Assembly (NCBI GenBank): GCA_019358935.1
Contig: JAHHIK010000106.1
Coordinates: 1-28,435 of the forward strand
Length of the DNA stretch: 28,435 nucleotides
Direction: 5' to 3'
Source of the DNA: Tolypothrix carrinoi HA7290-LM1
Lineage (GTDB): Bacteria; Cyanobacteriota; Cyanobacteriia; Cyanobacteriales; Nostocaceae
The position numbers and the translations under genes were made by a program. This document shows, piece after piece, positions 1 through 5,935 of the stretch (positions are counted from its first letter, which is position 1; every line of letters starts with the position of its first letter). The notes under the pieces were generated by a model. The model did no database searches. It was not told the DNA's origin and saw nothing but the letters and a program-made list of their open reading frames with translations.

Positions 1-29
1 GCATATATGGAAATTATTTCGTTTAGCAT
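1..29 (-). CDS. IS982-family transposase, N-terminal 10 codons (partial at window edge)
   Basis: ATG at 29-27 reads MLNEIISIY(A), preceded by AAGGAGGG (41-34). This matches my recollection of cyanobacterial IS982 transposase N-termini (MLNEIIAIYAI.DDLL..). Only 10 codons are visible. Confidence 0.7.
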
Positions 30-32
30 CTA

Positions 33-61
33 GCCCTCCTTATTTTCTCTTCTTGGAGGGC
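33..61 (-). promoter_or_regulatory. Hairpin that sequesters the transposase ribosome-binding site
   Basis: On the minus strand GCCCTCC (61-55) is the exact complement of GGAGGGC (39-33), which contains the Shine-Dalgarno; 7-bp stem, 15-nt loop. Confidence 0.5.
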
Positions 62-119
62 ATTTTATTGCTTTACTGTCCCAAAGCGATCGCCTAAATC
101 AATAACTAGCAACTTAGGT

Positions 120-900
120 TATTAGTTTTAATCTTCAAATCTCCCGCATCCCTTGTTGAGTTTGGCTGTGCGGAAGCAAACAAGCCACTAACAGACCGAC
201 CATCGGCGCTTATACCAATCAGTTGCACGTCTTGAGCATCAACGGTCAAATTTCCCCCCTTGCCCTTACCAGAAGTACTAGCATTCACCTGTGCCCCATC
301 TCGCACTAGCAACGTATTAGTTTTAATCTTCAAATCTCCCGCATCCCTTGTTGAGTTTGGCTGTGCGGAAGCAAACAAGCCACTAACAGACCGACCATCG
401 GCGCTTATACCAATCAGTTGCACGTCTTGAGCATCAACGGTCAAATTTCCCCCCTTGCCCGAACCAGAAGTACCAGCACTCACCTGTGCCCCATCTCGTA
501 CTAGCAAGGTATTAGTTTTCATCTTCAAATCTCCCGCATCCCCTGTTGAGTTTGGCTGTGCGGAAGCCAACAAGCCACTGGGAAACCGACTATCAGCGCC
601 TGTCCCAATCAGTTGTACTTCTTTGGCATCAACGGTCAAATTTCCCCCCTTGCCCGAACCAGATGTAGTAGCACTCACCTGTGCCCCATCTCGCACTAGC
701 AAGGTATTAGTTTTAATCGTCAAATCTCCCGCATCCCCTGTTGAGTTTGGCTGTGCGGAAGTAATTAAGCCACTGCCAGCCCGACTATTAGCGCCTGTCC
801 CAATCAGTTGTACGTCTTGGGCATCAACGGTCAAATTTCCCGCCTTGCCCTTACCAAATGTAGCAGCACTGACCTGTGCCCCACCCGAAATTTGCAACGT
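120..900. repeat. Four tandem 195-bp (65-aa) coding repeats in the FHA gene
   Basis: ATTAGTTTT recurs at 121, 316, 511 and 706 (period 195); 120-265 and 315-460 appear identical. Confidence 0.9.
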
Positions 901-1956
901 GCTAGCACTGATACTGACATTGCCTCCCTGTCCGCTTGCTTCTGCTAGCACCTGATTACCAATGGAACTTCTATTGTTAAGATTAATTACTCCCGTTGCA
1001 TTAACCGAAATATTTCCCGCCTTACTATTATCTGAACCCAGTCCTCTCTCTATCCCTGCAAACAGGAAACTCCTTCCTGTCATTTCTAAATTCCGGGCAT
1101 TAACCGCGATACTACCACTATCGCCAGCAGCCACATATACAAGAGCGCCATTGCTAAGGGACACATTACTTCTTTGTACACTATCGGGAAAACTCAAACT
1201 CAGATTATTACCATCCCCATTCAATCCAATAGTTCCCGCACCAGAAGACCCACCTAACTCGACTCGCCCACCAGAAGCAAACAATCTTCCACCATTCATA
1301 TTGATATCACCGCCTACCAGCAGTAAACTCCTGCCATTTGGCACACGTAAGCCGGTAACTGAGTTATTTTGGATAGATGCGGCACGAATTTGGTTAAATA
1401 GTAAAGCGGAAGGATTGACCGTCAGCAGGGATGAAGAAGTTTCTGGATTTGAAGCACTGAAAAAACCTTGATTGCCAAAGCCGATCGCATTAGCTGTCGT
1501 CCCTACAAATGAACCTTTGACATCCAGTCTGGCATTACGTCCAAATATAATTCCCTCAGGATTTATCAAAAACAGGTTGGCATTGCCCAATACACCCAGC
1601 CTTCCTAAAATATTAGAGGCGTTACCCCCCGTCACTCGGCTCAAAATGTTCTCAATGCCAGTAGGATTGGTAAAATAGGCTCCTCGTCCTTGATCAATGT
1701 TGAATTCCTGAAAACTGTGAAAGAGGTTAGCTCCTCGAATTGCCCCACCATCAATGCGATCGCTGTTGATACCATTGATATCAACGTTAGGTATCACAAC
1801 AGAACTTTCAGCACCTAAGCTATTATCGGGTATCGGCTTTAGCTGGGCTAATGCACAATTCCCAAAAAAAGCGAATGTCTGCGACACGGCTGCGCCGATC
1901 GCACACAAGCTGGCAATACCTAAGAACCCCCCACCCCGATTATTTATCCTGGACAT
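120..1956 (-). pseudogene. Filamentous haemagglutinin N-terminal (TPS) domain exoprotein, interrupted by IS982 (ORF reads through to a stop at 106 inside the IS end)
   Basis: Signal peptide (..NCALAQ), TPS motifs NLFHSFQEF, ILSRVTGG and NLFLINPEGIIFG, then 65-aa GNLTVDA/GDL.IKT beta-helix repeats. The repeat breaks mid-unit (KTN|NLSC*), and the GRGGLP/IVEA.GW C-terminus seen in the paralogue at 16639 is missing. Confidence 0.85.
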
Positions 1957-2076
1957 TGCACCCCTCCAAACCTAGCAGTTACTGGTGGTCGAAGAAACCT
2001 CTACTAATTCTCAGTTTCAGAGGTGAGAGTTTATGCAAAACCTTGATTTTCTTTACAAAAATTCATTAATAAACTG

Positions 2077-2114
2077 GCGGCAGAAATGAGCGTCGAAGCG
2101 TTCCTTACTGCCGC
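2077..2114 (-). terminator. Possible stem-loop terminator or mRNA-stabilising hairpin after the cNMP gene
   Basis: GCGGCAG (2077-2083) pairs with CTGCCGC (2108-2114), starting 7 nt after the stop codon and followed on the minus strand by CAGTTTATT. The interior pairing is imperfect. Confidence 0.45.
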
Positions 2115-2121
2115 ATTTGAT

Positions 2122-3216
2122 TCAACTTACTTTTAAACGTCCTTGCATCCAATCAAATCTTTTTCCAGCTAGCGCCATACGATCTAAAACATTGGAATCG
2201 AGTTCATCCTCATATTCAATATTTTCATCCAGTGGCTGACCTTTGCTATAAACACGTCTGCCATAACCAAGCCGACTGAGCATACCCTGCAATCTTAAGA
2301 TAAGCATAATCGCGATCGCTCGATAAAAGCGGGATGCAAAACCAACATCTTGCTGTAATTTTGCTGCCAGTTGCTGTCGAGAAATCGATAACACAAGCGA
2401 GTCTTCAAGCGCTTTTATTGTTGTGGAGGGCAAGCGGGCATCAATGAAGGGTGTTTCTCCCACAATTTCGCCTTTAGATAATCTCGCTATTTCTCTAGTT
2501 GAGATTTCGCCACCCTCTATAGCTGCAAAGGCACGAGCTAAAGGATTGCACTCATCCTCAGAAATAGAAACTGACATTGTTCCACCCAGTATAATATACA
2601 GCGCATCCACTGGTCCCTGTTCGTGGATGAGTACAGTGTTAGCAGGTATTTTTTGCGGATTACCTGTAGCCATCATCCAATCGATGTCACTGTCATTCAT
2701 TTCCCCTAACACACATAACACATCCTTCAGTGGCTGACCTTGTGCAAGGTTACTACGACTAAGCTGATTGATGATGCTTTGCAGTCTGTCTGAGAGCATA
2801 ATAGCGATCGCACGATAAAAGCGCGAAGCAAAACCCACATCATCAAGCAATTTTGCTGCCAATTGCTGCTGGGGAATTGACATCACCAGCGACTTTTCAA
2901 CAGCCTTAACAGTGGTGGTAGTTGGACGAGTACCTAAAAAAGGGATTTCTCCTACTACTTCACCGCTGGAAAGCCGCGCAATCTCTCTACGTGAAGTTTC
3001 ATTACCCTCGATTGCCGCAAAAGCACGAGCCAGAGGATTGTTGCCCGGTTGTGAGACAGTAACTGTTAAAATTCCCTCTAGTAGGATATGTAGGGAATCG
3101 GCGGCTTTTCCTTCTTGGACGAGTACGGTGTCTGCTGCTATTTCTCGCCGACGACCTGTAGCAATTATCCAATCGATGTCACTGTTACTCAATTCTTTAA
3201 GTAGAACTTCTGTCAT
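2122..3216 (-). CDS. Tandem cyclic-nucleotide-binding-domain protein, bacteriocin-type transport-associated (TIGR03896-like)
   Basis: Two homologous halves (SDIDW..ATG, NPLARAFAAIEG, REIARLS.GE.VGE.PF and DVGFASRFYRAIAIML each occur twice) with cNMP-fold motifs. This family is known to accompany NHLM export operons, and one is present in this window. RBS-like AGGT upstream. Confidence 0.88.
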   Translation of the reverse strand: MTEVLLKELSNSDIDWIIATGRRREIAADTVLVQEGKAADSLHILLEGILTVTVSQPGNNPLARAFAAIEGNETSRREIARLSSGEVVGEIPFLGTRPTTTTVKAVEKSLVMSIPQQQLAAKLLDDVGFASRFYRAIAIMLSDRLQSIINQLSRSNLAQGQPLKDVLCVLGEMNDSDIDWMMATGNPQKIPANTVLIHEQGPVDALYIILGGTMSVSISEDECNPLARAFAAIEGGEISTREIARLSKGEIVGETPFIDARLPSTTIKALEDSLVLSISRQQLAAKLQQDVGFASRFYRAIAIMLILRLQGMLSRLGYGRRVYSKGQPLDENIEYEDELDSNVLDRMALAGKRFDWMQGRLKVS

Positions 3217-3259
3217 AAGTCGATTTACCTATGTTTTTTAGGAGAATTTAAGGAAAATG

Positions 3260-3441
3260 AACCGCAGAGGCGCAGAGAGGAGGACACTTCCGTGCGGGGG
3301 TTCCCAAGCCACTGCGTTGCGGTGAGTCCACTCGGCGGTGTCGGTTTGGGTCCCGTCGAAGTGGCGAACCCGAAGGGAGGTTCCCTCCGTTGAAGCATGT
3401 GGCGTCCCCGTTAAGGAACGTGTCCGTCGCAGAGAAGAGAA
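3260..3441. repeat. Nested small dispersed palindromic repeats (four levels)
   Basis: Level 1: AACCGCAGAGGCGCAGAG...CGCAGAGAAGAGA. Level 2: GGACACTTCC (3282-3291)...GGAACGTGTCC (3415-3425). Level 3: GCCAC (3308-3312)...GTGGC (3399-3403). Level 4: 3323-3377, CCACT...AGTGG plus CCC-GAA-GGG. Confidence 0.75.
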
Positions 3442-3488
3442 TGCAGCACTAGGCACATTGATGCCCCAGTACTTTTCGGACAAGAGTT

Positions 3489-3599
3489 GATCCCCCCGCC
3501 TGTGGCGACCCCCTTTTAAAGGGGGTTGGGGAACATAGCCCCCCTTTTTAAGGGGGTTGGGGAACATAGCCCCCCTTTTTAAGGGGGGTTGGGGGGATC
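3489..3599. repeat. MITE-like palindromic element with three internal C-run/TTTTAA/G-run hairpins
   Basis: Ends GATCCCCCC (3489-3497) and GGGGGGATC (3591-3599) are perfect inverted repeats. The internal hairpins recur with a period of about 31 nt, separated by TTGGGGAACATAG. Confidence 0.8.
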
Positions 3600-3644
3600 T
3601 GCAAAGAATAAACATCACTAACTGACAAGTATTGCTTTAATGCC

Positions 3645-4811
3645 TTATGCAGATATAGTTTTCTGCAACTCTTCTAAGGTTTGTTGGATGCGGAAGTTTG
3701 CCGACTTTGAAGCCAATTCTTCCAAGGTTAAGTGGGTTAAGGCAATCAACATCAAAGGTTGAATATTGATGTCTATTAACTCGCTTGCATGGTCGGTGTG
3801 AAAGCGCTGCAAATTTTCTGCGGCTGCTTTCACCAATGCCTGTAGAATTTTAAAAGCGCGATCGCAAAGCGGGGGTTGACCCAGGTAGTTTTGCATCCTG
3901 CCTCCTTCTCGGTAATGTGGAAACGACTCCAACCCCACAAAGCGTAAGAACCAGTCTGCTCGATAGTAGCCGATAGCGGCTACAATGCCTCTGTAGTCGG
4001 CAATTAATTCGTCGAGGATATTATTTCGCATTGAGTCAAACAAGCGACGTGTGAAGTAGTGCGTACATTCATGTTCCAGCCTAATGGTTAGGGATAAACG
4101 CTGCCATTCTAGTTCCTCAAGTCCCATGTCCTCGGCTGAAACGTCGCTATAGAAACCGTCACTCAAAATAATGAACCGATCCTGATAGAGCGTTTTTTGT
4201 GGTATAATATTGCGAAATTCTGCCGCCCAACTACTTTCGCAGTAATTACCATTTGTAGCTGACCATTGTTGGCGATAGCGGCGAATTCTGTCCCAGTTGT
4301 TGAAACCAGCAACCATACAGGCTCCCATAGAAGCTGGGACTAGTTTGGGTTCATTTTGCATTGTGAGCGCTTGTACAAGAGTTACAAAGTCTTCTCGGTT
4401 TCCAGTCAGCAAAACCGGGATGGTTCCTGCCAAGCTTTGATGTATTATCAACTGGAGTTTCTCAGGCAGCGTAAGAATCAAACCAGTTGCTTCGGGTATA
4501 TTATCCACGGTCACACCCTTACGGGTGGCAGAGCGATATGCTTCGGTTTGGCTGATGCCTTCGAGTATGGGAAATCGAAACTGCACCAGACGCTGCTTTA
4601 GTGCCTCAAATGCTCCTATAACTCTTGCTGCAACAGCGTACTCCTCCCAAACGGTAATATGGGCTTCAGGTGCAAGTGGAAACTTGACGGCATGTTTTAA
4701 ACATTTGTGCGAGAAGAGATTTTGATTGTAAGCAAGCAGCTCCTCTGTTTGGGAGGCACTAGCACCATAGGAGGCAAGTACCAAAATGCGAAATTCCTGT
4801 TGATTGCTCAT
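3645..4811 (-). CDS. Uncharacterised HExxH-motif protein (putative metallopeptidase or metalloenzyme)
   Basis: 388-aa soluble ORF with HECTH (nt 4073-4059) followed 16 residues later by the E of DELIADY, a gluzincin-like layout. The start overlaps the MinD stop (ATGA). Confidence 0.8.
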   Translation of the reverse strand: MSNQQEFRILVLASYGASASQTEELLAYNQNLFSHKCLKHAVKFPLAPEAHITVWEEYAVAARVIGAFEALKQRLVQFRFPILEGISQTEAYRSATRKGVTVDNIPEATGLILTLPEKLQLIIHQSLAGTIPVLLTGNREDFVTLVQALTMQNEPKLVPASMGACMVAGFNNWDRIRRYRQQWSATNGNYCESSWAAEFRNIIPQKTLYQDRFIILSDGFYSDVSAEDMGLEELEWQRLSLTIRLEHECTHYFTRRLFDSMRNNILDELIADYRGIVAAIGYYRADWFLRFVGLESFPHYREGGRMQNYLGQPPLCDRAFKILQALVKAAAENLQRFHTDHASELIDINIQPLMLIALTHLTLEELASKSANFRIQQTLEELQKTISA

Positions 4812-5620
4812 AAGCGATCGCTTGCAATAAGTACTTTCTTTGTCTCACCCTCACCAACAATCTGTTCCGCAATTTCTTTCATCATCTGACTGATGGGATG
4901 CCCAGAGTAGCGCAGACAGAAAATACCTCTGCTGGCTAGGTGAATCATCTCTTCAGACAAAGGTAAAATACCAGCGACTGAGACGTTATAAGTTGTCTCC
5001 ACTTGTTTTTGCAAGTCTGCAAAGTCGAAGGCTGGTAGCACCTTATTGACTACCAACAGCATTTTAGGTACTTTCAGCTTGTGAGCTACATCCACCGTCA
5101 CGGCTGTTCCCTGAAAGTCTTGGCTGTCTGGACGCAGAATAACAACTAGAACATTAGATATACCGATGGAAAGTAAAGTTTCTTCATTCAAACCTGGGTG
5201 AGTGTCAATTAACAGGTAGTCCAGATTCAGACAGCGGATGAGTTCCTGAAAGCCGTCATTGAGCCGAACTACGTCATACCCCTCGCGCAGAACTCTGGCA
5301 ATTTCACCAGCTTTAATACTAGAGGGAATTAGGTAAACTTTGCCCTTAATCGTATTTGTCTCTTCCTGTGCTATGAGAGTAGGACTAACGTCGTAAGCAG
5401 TGTCTTTAATATTACAGCGTCCCCACAAATAATCATTCAGGGCACGATCCATTTTTTCTTCGTTTAGACCGAAAAGAACGTGAATTCCTGGCGATTGGAT
5501 ATCAGTATCGACAATGCCTACCCGTTGCCCGTGTTGTGCCATAGTAGCAGCTAGGTTAGCAATCAAATTTGATTTGCCAGTTCCGCCACGGAAAGAGTGA
5601 ACAGCTATAATTTGTGCCAT
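4808..5620 (-). CDS. MinD/ParA-family (SIMIBI) ATPase
   Basis: Deviant Walker A HSFRGGTGKSN, switch I VDTDIQSPG, Walker B LLIDTHPG and VVNK motif; GAGG RBS; no obvious C-terminal amphipathic membrane-targeting helix. Confidence 0.9.
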   Translation of the reverse strand: MAQIIAVHSFRGGTGKSNLIANLAATMAQHGQRVGIVDTDIQSPGIHVLFGLNEEKMDRALNDYLWGRCNIKDTAYDVSPTLIAQEETNTIKGKVYLIPSSIKAGEIARVLREGYDVVRLNDGFQELIRCLNLDYLLIDTHPGLNEETLLSIGISNVLVVILRPDSQDFQGTAVTVDVAHKLKVPKMLLVVNKVLPAFDFADLQKQVETTYNVSVAGILPLSEEMIHLASRGIFCLRYSGHPISQMMKEIAEQIVGEGETKKVLIASDRL

Positions 5621-5634
5621 ATTTTACCTCAAAA

Positions 5635-5935
5635 TTGTTAGTTGGTGGGTGTTAGTTGTTAGTTGGTGGGTGTTAGTTGTTAGTTGTTAGTTGTTAGTTG
5701 TTAGTAGGGAGTTAGGAGTTTGGAGTTAGGAGTTGCGAGTAGAAAGTTAGGAGTTAGGAGTTAGGAATTAGGAATTAGGAATTAGGTAGTTAAGAATTAT
5801 TACTCTCCTTGTCTCCTTGTCTCCCTTGTCTCCTTGTCCTCCTTGTCCCCTTGTCCTCCTTGTCCTCCTTGTCCTCCTTGTCTCCCTTGTCCTCCATCCC
5901 CCCATCCCCCCATCCCCCTACTCCCCACTCCCCAT
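5635..5935. repeat. Composite short-tandem-repeat tract (STRR-type heptamers plus 8/9-mers)
   Basis: (TTGTTAG)n at 5635-5705, (GGAGTTA/GGAATTA)n to about 5790, (CTCCTTGTC/CTCCCTTGT)n at 5803-5893, (CCCCCCAT)n and CCCCACT to 5935. It fills the whole intergenic region and the last codons of the upstream gene. Confidence 0.92.

Larger units (their letters stand above)
1..119 (-). mobile_element. IS982-family insertion sequence, left end (continues beyond the window's left edge)
   Basis: The minus strand from 119 reads ACCTAAGTTGCTAGTTATT, resembling the IS982 terminal repeat as I recall it (ACCCGAATTGCTAGTT...). It begins exactly where the 195-bp FHA repeat stops matching (..AAAACTAATA|ACCTAAG vs ..AAAACTAATA|CGTTGC in the intact repeat). 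A strong RBS and an ATG follow inside. Confidence 0.8.

Noticed and set aside
455..1975. Plus-strand ORFs 455-955, 962-1471, 1472-1678 and 1754-1975
   Set aside because: Antisense shadows of the FHA gene; Pro/Leu-rich translations mirror its Gly/Asn codons.
3323..3377. Possible hammerhead ribozyme (TGAGTCC...GGCGAA)
   Set aside because: The CUGAnGA core and GAAA are incomplete, and no stem I/III with a cleavage triplet can be drawn.
3489..3599. Possible CRISPR array
   Set aside because: The spacers are identical and only 13 nt, and no cas genes are present.
3238..3618. 126-aa minus-strand ORF
   Set aside because: Made almost entirely of the two repeat elements (PQPPLKRG is the translation of the palindromic repeat); no protein motif.
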